Both the position numbers and the translations under genes were made by a program. A stretch of DNA of 64,000 bases from Auanema rhodensis. Lineage: Eukaryota > Animalia > Nematoda. The stretch covers positions 124,001 to 188,000 of the forward strand of contig CAXKVF010000081.1 of NCBI GenBank assembly GCA_964057225.1, read 5' to 3'. This document shows positions 1-11,088 of the stretch, in pieces (position 1 is the stretch's first letter; the number at the start of each line of letters is the position of its first letter). The notes under the pieces were generated by a model. The model saw only the letters and a list, made by a program, of their open reading frames with translations. It was not told where the DNA came from and ran no database searches.

Positions 1-176
1 GCACATCACGTGTACATTTAATTAGCATAAATTAAAGTTCACGTAAATTTCAAAGTCATGGTTACCATGCACCAATATCAATAAAAATTTGTTTTTAGAC
101 TAATATGCACATGGGGAATCTAATTTTGAAAACCGCATCTCTTTATCTTTCACGTGAAGCGAGTTACATACCAAGT
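1..176. repeat. Representative monomer (arbitrary phase), 176 bp
   Basis: The next copy begins at 177 with the same GCACATCACGTGTACA sequence. Confidence 0.99.
149..158. other. 10-bp perfect palindrome TTCACGTGAA (E-box core CACGTG), present in nearly every monomer; second E-box at 7-12
   Basis: Directly visible in the sequence; protein binding is unknown. Confidence 0.9.
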
Positions 177-1232
177 GCACATCACGTGTACATTTAATTA
201 GCATAAATTAAAGTTCACGTAAATTTCAAAGTCATGGTTACCATGAACCAATATCAATAAAAATTTGTTTTTAGACTAATATGTACATGGGGAATCTAAT
301 TTTGAAAACCGCATCTCTTTATCTTTCACGTGAAGCGAGTTACATACCAAGTGCACATCACGTGTACATTTAATTAGCATAAATTAAAGTTCACGTAAAT
401 TTCAAAGTCATGGTTACCATGCACCAATATCAATAAAAATTTGTTTTTAGACTAATATGGACATGGGGAATCTAATGTTGAAAACCGCATCTCTTTATCT
501 TTCACGTGAAGCGAGTTACATACCGAGTGCACATCACGTGTACAATTAATTAGCATAAATTAAAGTTCACGTAAATTTCAAAGTCATGGTTACCATGAAC
601 CAATATCAATAAAAATTTGTTTTTAGACTAATATGGACATGGGGAATCTAATTTTGAAAACCGCATCTCTTTATCTTTCACGTGAAGCGAGTTACATACC
701 AAGTGCACATCACGTGTACATTTAATAAGCATAAATTAAAGTTCACGTAAATTTCAAAGTCATGGTTACCATGCACCAATATCAATAAAAATTTGTTTTT
801 AGACTAATATGGACATGGGGAATCTAATTTTGAAAACCGCATCTCTTTATCTTTCACGTGAAGCGAGTTACATACCAAGTGCACATCACGTGTACATTTA
901 ATTAGCATAAATTAAAGTTCACGTAAATTTCAAAGTCATGGTTACCATGAACCAATATCAATGAAAATTTGTTTTTAGACTAATATGGACATGGGGAATC
1001 AAATTTTGAAAACCGCATCTCTTTATCTTTCACGTGAAGCAAGTTACATACCAAGTGCACATCACGTGTACATTTAATTAGCATAAATTAAAGTTCACGT
1101 AAATTTCAAAGTCATGGTTACCATGCACCAATATCAATAAAAAATTGTTTTTAGACTAATATGGACATGGGGAATCTAATTTTGAAAACCGCATCTCTTT
1201 ATCTTTCACGTGAAGCGAGTTACATACCGAGT

Positions 1233-2112
1233 GCACATCACGTGTACAATTAATTAGCATAAATTAAAGTTCACGTAAATTTCAAAGTCATGGTTACCAT
1301 GAACCAATATCAATAAAAATTTGTTTTTAGACTAATATGGACATGGGGAATCAAATTTTGAAAACCGCATCTCTTTATCTTTTACGTGAAGCGAGTTACA
1401 TACCAAGTGCACATCACGTGTACATTTAATTAGCATAAATTAAAGTTCACGTAAATTTCAAAGTCATGGTTACCATGCACCAATATCAATAAAAATTTGT
1501 TTTTAGACTAATATGCACATGGGGAATCTAATTTTGAAAACCGCATCTCTTTATCTTTCACGTGAAGCGAGTTACATACCAAGTGCACATCACGTGTACA
1601 TTTAATTAGCATAAATTAAAGTTCACGTAAATTTCAAAGTCATGGTTACCATGAACCAATATCAATAAAAATTTGTTTTTAGACTAATATGGACATGGGG
1701 AATCAAATTTTGAAAACCGCATCTCTTTATCTTTTACGTGAAGCGAGTTACATACCAAGTGCACATCACGTGTACATTTAATTAGCATAAATTAAAGTTC
1801 ACGTAAATTTCAAAGTCATGGTTACCATGCACCAATATCAATAAAAATTTGTTTTTAGACTAATATGCACATGGGGAATCTAATTTTGAAAACCGCATCT
1901 CTTTATCTTTCACGTGAAGCGAGTTACATACCAAGTGCACATCACGTGTACATTTAATTAGCATAAATTAAAGTTCACGTAAATTTCAAAGTCATGGTTA
2001 CCATGAACCAATATCAATAAAAATTTGTTTTTAGACTAATATGGACATGGGGAATCAAATTTTGAATACCGCATCTCTTTATCTTTTACGTGAAGCGAGT
2101 TACATACCAAGT
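1233..2112. repeat. Local dimeric higher-order repeat (352 bp, ~2.5 copies)
   Basis: Monomers alternate [GAACC, ATCAAAT, TTTTACG] at 1233, 1585, 1937 with [GCACC, ATGCAC] at 1409, 1761. Confidence 0.85.
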
Positions 2113-2992
2113 GCACATCACGTGTACATTTAATTAGCATAAATTAAAGTTCACGTAAATTTCAAAGTCATGGTTACCATGCACCAATATCAATAAAAAT
2201 TTGTTTTTAGACTAAAATGGACATGGGGAATCTAATTTTGAAAACCGCATCTCTTTATCTTTCACGTGAAGCGAGTTACATACCAAGTGCACATCACGTG
2301 TACATTTAATTAGCATAAATTAAAGTTCACGTAAATTTCAAAGTCATGGTTACCATGAACCAATATCAATAAAAATTTGTTTTTAGACTAATATGTACAT
2401 GGGGAATCTAATTTTGAAAACCGCATCTCTTTATCTTTCACGTGAAGCGAGTTACATACCAAGTGCACATCACGTGTACATTTAATTAGCATAAATTAAA
2501 GTTCACGTAAATTTCAAAGTCATGGTTACCATGCACCAATATCAATAAAAATTTGTTTTTAGACTAATATGGACATGGGGAATCTAATGTTGAAAACCGC
2601 ATCTCTTTATCTTTCACGTGAAGCGAGTTACATACCAAGTGCACATCACGTGTACATTTAATTAGCATAAATTAAAGTTCACGTAAATTTCAAAGTCATG
2701 GTTACCATGCACCAATATCAATAAAAATTTGTTTTTAGACTAAAATGGACATGGGGAATCTAATTTTGAAAACCGCATCTCTTTATCTTTCACGTGAAGC
2801 GAGTTACATACCAAGTGCACATCACGTGTACATTTAATTAGCATAAATTAAAGTTCACGTAAAATTCAAAGTCATGGTTACCATGCACCAATATCAATAA
2901 AAATTTGTTTTTAGACTAATATGGACATGGGGAATCTAATTTTGAAAACCGCATTTCTTTATCTTTCACGTGAAGCGAGTTACATACCAAGT

Positions 2993-5808
2993 GCACATCA
3001 CGTGTACATTTAATTAGCATAAATTAAAGTTCACGTAAATTTCAAAGTCATGGTTACCATGCACCAATATCAATAAAAATTTGTTTTTAGACTAATATGG
3101 ACATGGGGAATCTAATTTTGGAAACCGCATCTCTTTATCTTTCACGTGAAGCGAGTTACATACCGAGTGCACATCACGTGTACAATTAATTAGCATAAAT
3201 TAAAGTTCACGTAAATTTCAAAGTCATGGTTACCATGAACCAATATCAATAAAAATTTGTTTTTAGACTAATATGGACATGGGGAATCTAATTTTGAAAA
3301 CCGCATCTCTTTATCTTTCACGTGAAGCGAGTTACATACCAAGTGCACATCACGTGTACATTTAATTAGCATAAATTAAAGTTCACGTAAATTTCAAAGT
3401 CATGGTTACCATGCACCAATATCAATAAAAATTTGTTTTTAGACTAATATGGACATGGGGAATCTAATTTTGAAAACCGCATCTCTTTATCTTCCACGTG
3501 AAGCGAGTTACATACCAAGAGCACATCACGTGTACATTTAATTAGCATAAATTAAAGTTCACGTAAATTTCAAAGTCATGGTTACCATGAACCAATATCA
3601 ATAAAAATTTGTTTTTAGACTAATATGGACATGGGGAATCTAATTTTGAAAACCGCATCTCTTTATCTTTCACGTGAAGCGAGTTACATACCAAGTGCAC
3701 ATCACGTGTACATTTAATAAGCATAAATTAAAGTTCACGTAAATTTCAAAGTCATGGTTACCATGCACCAATATAAATAAAAATTTGTTTTTAGACTAAT
3801 ATGGACATGGGGAATCTAATTTTGAAAACCGCATCTCTTTATCTTTCACGTGAAGCGAGTTACATACCGAGTGCACATCACGTGTACAATTAATTAGCAT
3901 AAATTAAAGTTCACGTAAATTTCAAAGTCATGGTTACCATGAACCAATATCAATAAAAATTTGTTTTTAGACTAATATGGACATGGGGAATCTAATTTTG
4001 AAAACCGCATCTCTTTATCTTTCACGTGAAGCGAGTTACATACCAAGTGCACATCACGTGTACATTTAATTAGCATAAATTAAAGTTCACGTAAATTTCA
4101 AAGTCATGGTTACCATGAACCAATATCAATAAAAATTTGTTTTTAGACTAATATGGACATGGGGAATCTAATTTTGAAAACCGCATCTCTTTATCTTTCA
4201 CGTGAAGCGAGTTACATACCAAGTGCACATCACGTGTACATTTAATAAGCATAAATTAAAGTTCACGTAAATTTCAAAGTCATGGTTACCATGCACCAAT
4301 ATCAATAAAAATTTGTTTTTAGACTAATATGGACATGGGGAATCTAATTTTGAAAACCGCATCTCTTTATCTTTCACGTGAAGCGAGTTACATACCAAGT
4401 GCACATCACGTGTACATTTAATTAGCATAAATTAAAGTTCACGTAAATTTCAAAGTCATGGTTACCATGCACCAATATCAATAAAAATTTGTTTTTAGAC
4501 TAATATGGACATGGGGAATCTAATTTTGAAAACCGCATCTCTTTATCTTTCACGTGAAGCGAGTTACATACCGAGTGCACATCACGTGTACAATTAATTA
4601 GCATAAATTAAAGTTCACGTAAATTTCAAAGTCATGGTTACCATGAACCAATATCAATAAAAATTTGTTTTTAGACTAATATGGACATGGGGAATCTAAT
4701 TTTGAAAACCGCATCTCTTTATCTTTCACGTGAAGCGAGTTACATACCAAGTGCACATCACGTGTACATTTAATTAGCATAAATTAAAGTTCACGTAAAT
4801 TTCAAAGTCATGGTTACCATGCACCAATATCAATAAAAATTTGTTTTTAGACTAATATGGACATGGGGAATCTAATTTTGAAAACCGCATCTCTTTATCT
4901 TTCACGTGAAGCGAGTTACATACCAAGAGCACATCACGTGTACATTTAATTAGCATAAATTAAAGTTCACGTAAATTTCAAAGTCATGGTTACCATGAAC
5001 CAATATCAATAAAAATTTGTTTTTAGACTAATATGGACATGGGGAATCTAATTTTGAAAACCGCATCTCTTTATCTTTCACGTGAAGCGAGTTACATACC
5101 AAGTGCACATCACGTGTACATTTAATAAGCATAAATTAAAGTTCACGTAAATTTCAAAGTCATGGTTACCATGCACCAATATAAATAAAAATTTGTTTTT
5201 AGACTAATATGGACATGGGGAATCTAATTTTGAAAACCGCATCTCTTTATCTTTCACGTGAAGCGAGTTACATACCGAGTGCACATCACGTTTACAATTA
5301 ATTAGCATAAATTAAAGTTCACGTAAATTTCAAAGTCATGGATACCATGAACCAATATCAATAAAAATTTGTTTTTAGACTAATATGGACATGGGGAATC
5401 TAATTTTGAAAACCGCATCTCTTTATCTTTCACGTGAAGCGAGTTACATACCAAGTGCACATCACGTGTACATTTAATTAGCATAAATTAAAGTTCACGT
5501 AAATTTCAAAGTCATGGTTACCATGAACCAATATCAATAAAAATTTGTTTTTAGACTAATATGGACATGGGGAATCTAATTTTGAAAACCGCATCTCTTT
5601 ATCTTTCACGTGAAGCGAGTTACATACCAAGTGCACATCATGTGTACATTTAATAAGCATAAATTAAAGTTCACGTAAATTTCAAAGTCATGGTTACCAT
5701 GCACCAATATCAATAAAAATTTGTTTTTAGACTAATATGGACATGGGGAATCTAATTTTGAAAACCGCATCTCTTTATCTTTCACGTGAAGCGAGTTGCA
5801 TACCAAGT
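2993..5808. repeat. 8-mer higher-order tandem duplication (2 x 1408 bp)
   Basis: CAAGAG in monomers 3345 and 4753; ATAAATA+TAATAAG+CCGAG in monomers 3697 and 5105; the A/C allele order at monomer position 70 is the same in both halves. Confidence 0.85.
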
Positions 5809-8800
5809 GCACATCACGTGTACATTTAATTAGCATAAATTAAAGTTCACGTAAATTTCAAAGTCATGGTTACCATGAACCAATATCAATGAAAATTTGT
5901 TTTTAGACTAATATGGACATGGGGAATCAAATTTTGAAAACCGCATCTCTTTATCTTTCACGTGAAGCAAGTTACATACCAAGTGCACATCACGTGTACA
6001 TTTAATTAGCATAAATTAAAGTTCACGTAAATTTCAAAGTCATGGTTACCATGCACCAATATCAATAAAAAATTGTTTTTAGACTAATATGGACATGGGG
6101 AATCTAATTTTGAAAACCGCATCTCTTTATCTTTCACGTGAAGCGAGTTACATACCGAGTGCACATCACGTGTACAATTAATTAGCATAAATTAAAGTTC
6201 ACGTAAATTTCAAAGTCATGGTTACCATGAACCAATATCAATAAAAATTTGTTTTTAGACTAATATGGACATGGGGAATCTAATTTTGAAAACCGCATCT
6301 CTTTATCTTTCACGTGAAGCGAGTTACATACCAAGTGCACATCACGTGTACATTTAATAAGCATAAATTAAAGTTCACGTAAATTTCAAAGTCATGGTTA
6401 CCATGAACCAATATCAATAAAAATTTGTTTTTAGACTAATATGGACATGGGGAATCTAATTTTGAAAACCGCATCTCTTTATCTTTCACGTGAAGCGAGT
6501 TACATACCGAGTGCACATCACGTGTACAATTAATTAGCATAAATTAAAGTTCACGTAAATTTCAAAGTCATGGTTACCATGAACCAATATCAATAAAAAT
6601 TTTTTTTAAGACTAATATGGACATGGGGAATCTAATTTTGAAAACCGCATCTCTTTATCTTTCACGTGAAGCGAGTTACATACCGAGTGCACATCACGTG
6701 TACAATTAATTAGCATAAATTAAAGTTCACGTAAATTTCAAAGTCATGGTTACCATGAACCAATATCAATAAAAATTTGTTTTTAGACTAATATGGACAT
6801 GGGGAATCTAATTTTGAAAACCGCATCTCTTTATCTTTCACGTGAAGCGAGTTACATACCAAGTGCACATCACGTGTACATTTAATAAGCATAAATTAAA
6901 GTTCACGTAAATTTCAAAGTCATGGTTACCATGCACCAATATCAATAAAAATTTGTTTTTAGACTAATATGGACATGGGGAATCTAATTTTGAAAACCGC
7001 ATCTCTTTATCTTTCACGTGAAGCGAGTTACATACCAAGTGCACATCATGTGTACATTTAATAAGCATAAATTAAAGTTCACGTAAATTTCAAAGTCATG
7101 GTTACCATGCACCAATATCAATAAAAATTTGTTTTTAGACTAATATGGACATGGGGAATCTAATTTTGAAAACCGCATCTCTTTATCTTTCACGTGAAGC
7201 GAGTTACATACCAAGAGCACATCACGTGTACATTTAATTAGCATAAATTAAAGTTCACGTAAATTTCAAAGTCATGGTTACCATGAACCAATATCAATAA
7301 AAATTTGTTTTTAGACTAATATGGACATGGGGAATCTAATTTTGAAAACCGCATCTCTTTATCTTTCACGTGAAGCGAGTTACATACCAAGTGCACATCA
7401 CGTGTACATTTAATAAGCATAAATTAAAGTTCACGTAAATTTCAAAGTCATGGTTACCATGCACCAATATAAATAAAAATTTGTTTTTAGACTAATATGG
7501 ACATGGGGAATCTAATTTTGAAAACCGCATCTCTTTATCTTTCACGTGAAGCGAGTTACATACCGAGTGCACATCACGTGTACAATTAATTAGCATAAAT
7601 TAAAGTTCACGTAAATTTCAAAGTCATGGTTACCATGAACCAATATCAATAAAAATTTGTTTTTAGACTAATATGGACATGGGGAATCTAATTTTGAAAA
7701 CCGCATCTCTTTATCTTTCACGTGAAGCGAGTTACATACCAAGTGCACATCACGTGTACATTTAATTAGCATAAATTAAAGTTCACGTAAATTTCAAAGT
7801 CATGGTTACCATGCACCAATATCAATAAAAATTTGTTTTTAGACTAATATGGACATGGGGAATCTAATTTTGAAAACCGCATCTCTTTATCTTTCACGTG
7901 AAGCGAGTTGCATACCAAGTGCACATCACGTGTACATTTAATTAGCATAAATTAAAGTTCACGTAAATTTCAAAGTCATGGTTACCATGAACCAATATCA
8001 ATGAAAATTTGTTTTTAGACTAATATGGACATGGGGAATCAAATTTTGAAAACCGCATCTCTTTATCTTTCACGTGAAGCAAGTTACATACCAAGTGCAC
8101 ATCACGTGTACATTTAATTAGCATAAATTAAAGTTCACGTAAATTTCAAAGTCATGGTTACCATGCACCAATATCAATAAAAAATTGTTTTTAGACTAAT
8201 ATGGACATGGGGAATCTAATTTTGAAAACCGCATCTCTTTATCTTTCACGTGAAGCGAGTTACATACCGAGTGCACATCACGTGTACAATTAATTAGCAT
8301 AAATTAAAGTTCACGTAAATTTCAAAGTCATGGTTACCATGAACCAATATCAATAAAAATTTGTTTTTAGACTAATATGGACATGGGGAATCTAATTTTG
8401 AAAACCGCATCTCTTTATCTTTCACGTGAAGCGAGTTACATACCAAGTGCACATCACGTGTACATTTAATTAGCATAAATTAAAGTTCACGTAAATTTCA
8501 AAGTCATGGTTACCATGCACCAATATCAATAAAAATTTGTTTTTAGACTAATATGGACATGGGGAATCTAATTTTGAAAACCGCATCTCTTTATCTTTCA
8601 CGTGAAGCGAGTTACATACCAAGTGCACATCACGTGTACATTTAATTAGCATAAATTAAAGTTCACGTAAATTTCAAAGTCATGGTTACCATGAACCAAT
8701 ATCAATAAAAATTTGTTTTTAGACTAATATGGACATGGGGAATCTAATTTTGAAAACCGCATCTCTTTATCTTTCACGTGAAGCGAGTTACATACCAAGT

Positions 8801-9328
8801 GCACATCACGTGTACATTTAATAAGCATAAATTAAAGTTCACGTAAATTTCAAAGTCATGGTTACCATGCACCAATATCAATAAAAATTTGTTTTTAGAC
8901 TAATATGGACATGGGGAATCTAATTTTGAAAACCGCATCTCTTTATCTTTCACGTGAAGCGAGTTACATACCGAGTGCACATCACGTGTACAATTAATTA
9001 GCATAAATTAAAGTTCACGTAAATTTCAAAGTCATGGTTACCATGAACCAATATCAATAAAAATTTGTTTTTAGACTAATATGGACATGGGGAATCTAAT
9101 TTTGAAAACCGCATCTCTTTATCTTTCACGTGAAGCGAGTTACATACCAAGTGCACATCACGTGTACATTTAATTAGCATAAATTAAAGTTCACGTAAAT
9201 TTCAAAGTCATGGTTACCATGAACCAATATCAATAAAAATTTGTTTTTAGACTAATATGGACATGGGGAATCTAATTTTGAAAACCGCATCTCTTTATCT
9301 TTCACGTGAAGCGAGTTACATACCAAGT

Positions 9329-11088
9329 GCACATCACGTGTACATTTAATTAGCATAAATTAAAGTTCACGTAAATTTCAAAGTCATGGTTACCATGAAC
9401 CAATATCAATAAAAATTTGTTTTTAGACTAATATGGACATGGGGAATCTAATTTTGAAAACCGCATTTCTTTATCTTTCACGTGAAGCGAGTTACATACC
9501 AAGTGCACATCACGTGTACATTTAATTAGCATAAATTAAAGTTCACGTAAATTTCAAAGTCATGGTTACCATGCACCAATATCAATAAAAATTTGTTTTT
9601 AGACTGATATGGACATGGGGAATCTAATTTTGAAAACCGCATCTCTTTATCTTTCACGTGAAGCGAGTTACATACCAAGTGCACATCACGTGTACATTTA
9701 ATTAGCATAAATTAAAGTTCACGTAAATTTCAAAGTCATGGTTACCATGAACCAATATCAATAAAAATTTGTTTTTAGACTAATATGGACATGGGGAATC
9801 TAATTTTGAAAACCGCATCTCTTTATCTTTCACGTGAAGCGAGTTACATACCAAGTGCACATCACGTGTACATTTAATTAGCATAAATTAAAGTTCACGT
9901 AAATTTCAAAGTCATGGTTACCATGAACCAATATCAATAAAAATTTGTTTTTAGACTAATAGGGACATGGGGAATCTAATTTTGAAAACCGCATCTCTTT
10001 ATCTTTCACGTGAAGCGAGTTACATACCAAGTGCACATCACGTGTACATTTAATTAGCATAAATTAAAGTTCACGTAAACTTCAAAGTCATGGTTACCAT
10101 GAAGCAATATCAATAAAAATTTGTTTTTAGACTAATATGGACATGGGGAATCTAATTTTGAAAACCGCATCTCTTTATCTTTCACGTGAAGCGAGTTACA
10201 TACCAAGTGCACATCACGTGTACATTTAATTAGCATAAATTAAAGTTCACGTAAATTTCAAAGTCATGGTTACCATGAACCAATATCAAAAAAAATTTGT
10301 TTTTAGACTAATATGGACATGGGGAATCTAATTTTGAAAACCGCATTTCTTTATCTTTCACGTGAAGCGAGTTACATACCAAGTGCACATCACGTGTACA
10401 TTTAATTAGCATAAATTAAAGTTCACGTAAATTTCAAATTCATGGTTACCATGCACCAATATCAATAAAAATTTGTTTTTAGACTGATATGGACATGGGG
10501 AATCTAATTTTGAAAACCGCATCTCTTTATCTTTCACGTGAAGCGAGTTACATACCAAGTGCACATCACGTGTACATTTAATTAGCATAAATTAAAGTTC
10601 ACGTAAATTTCAAAGTCATGGTTACCATGAACCAATATCAATAAAAATTTGTTTTTAGACTAATATGGACATGGGGAATCTAATTTTGAAAACCGCATCT
10701 CTTTATCTTTCACGTGAAGCGAGTTACATACCAAGTGCACATCACGTGTACATTTAATTAGCATAAATTAAAGTTCACGTAAATTTCAAAGTCATGGTTA
10801 CCATGAACCAATATCAATAAAAATTTGTTTTTAGACTAATAGGGACATGGGGAATCTAATTTTGAAAACCGCATCTCTTTATCTTTCACGTGAAGCGAGT
10901 TACATACCAAGTGCACATCACGTGTACATTTAATTAGCATAAATTAAAGTTCACGTAAACTTCAAAGTCATGGTTACCATGAAGCAATATCAATAAAAAT
11001 TTGTTTTTAGACTAATATGGACATGGGGAATCTAATTTTGAAAACCGCATCTCTTTATCTTTCACGTGAAGCGAGTTACATACCAAGT
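9329..11088. repeat. 5-mer higher-order repeat (2 x 880 bp)
   Basis: ACTGAT at 9606/10486, TAGGG at 9962/10842, AAACTTC+GAAGC at 10080/10960 and CATTTC in the first monomer of each unit, all offset by 880. Confidence 0.9.

Larger units (their letters stand above)
1..9152. repeat. Satellite sub-domain A (monomers 1-52), defined by private variants
   Basis: CCGAGT/ACAATT pair (e.g. 525/545, 8973/8993), TAATAAG (727, 3719, 8823), ATCAAAT (1001, 1353) and AAGCAAG (1041, 5969, 8081) occur here and essentially not later; the GAAGC allele is absent. Confidence 0.85.

Noticed and set aside
80-97. AATAAA polyadenylation signal or terminator-like hairpin
   Set aside because: Expected by chance in AT-rich DNA, with no upstream gene and only a weak A/T stem.
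5-110. Resemblance to a budding-yeast point centromere (ATCACGTG, 77-bp spacer, then TGTTTTT)
   Set aside because: The spacer is only ~77% AT (CDEII is typically >90%), the essential CDEIII CCG is missing at the expected place, and point centromeres are single-copy rather than tandem arrays.
1-176. Identity with known ~171-178-bp satellites (Brassica CentBr, honeybee AluI repeat, Arabidopsis CEN178, alpha satellite)
   Set aside because: Only the length is similar. The monomer lacks AAGCTT/AGCT sites and I recognise no sequence similarity; a database search is needed for any assignment.
1-176. Tandem RNA gene array (5S rRNA, tRNA, snRNA, spliced leader)
   Set aside because: No 5S or tRNA internal promoter boxes, cloverleaf or other recognisable RNA-gene sequence, and no gene/spacer contrast in conservation.
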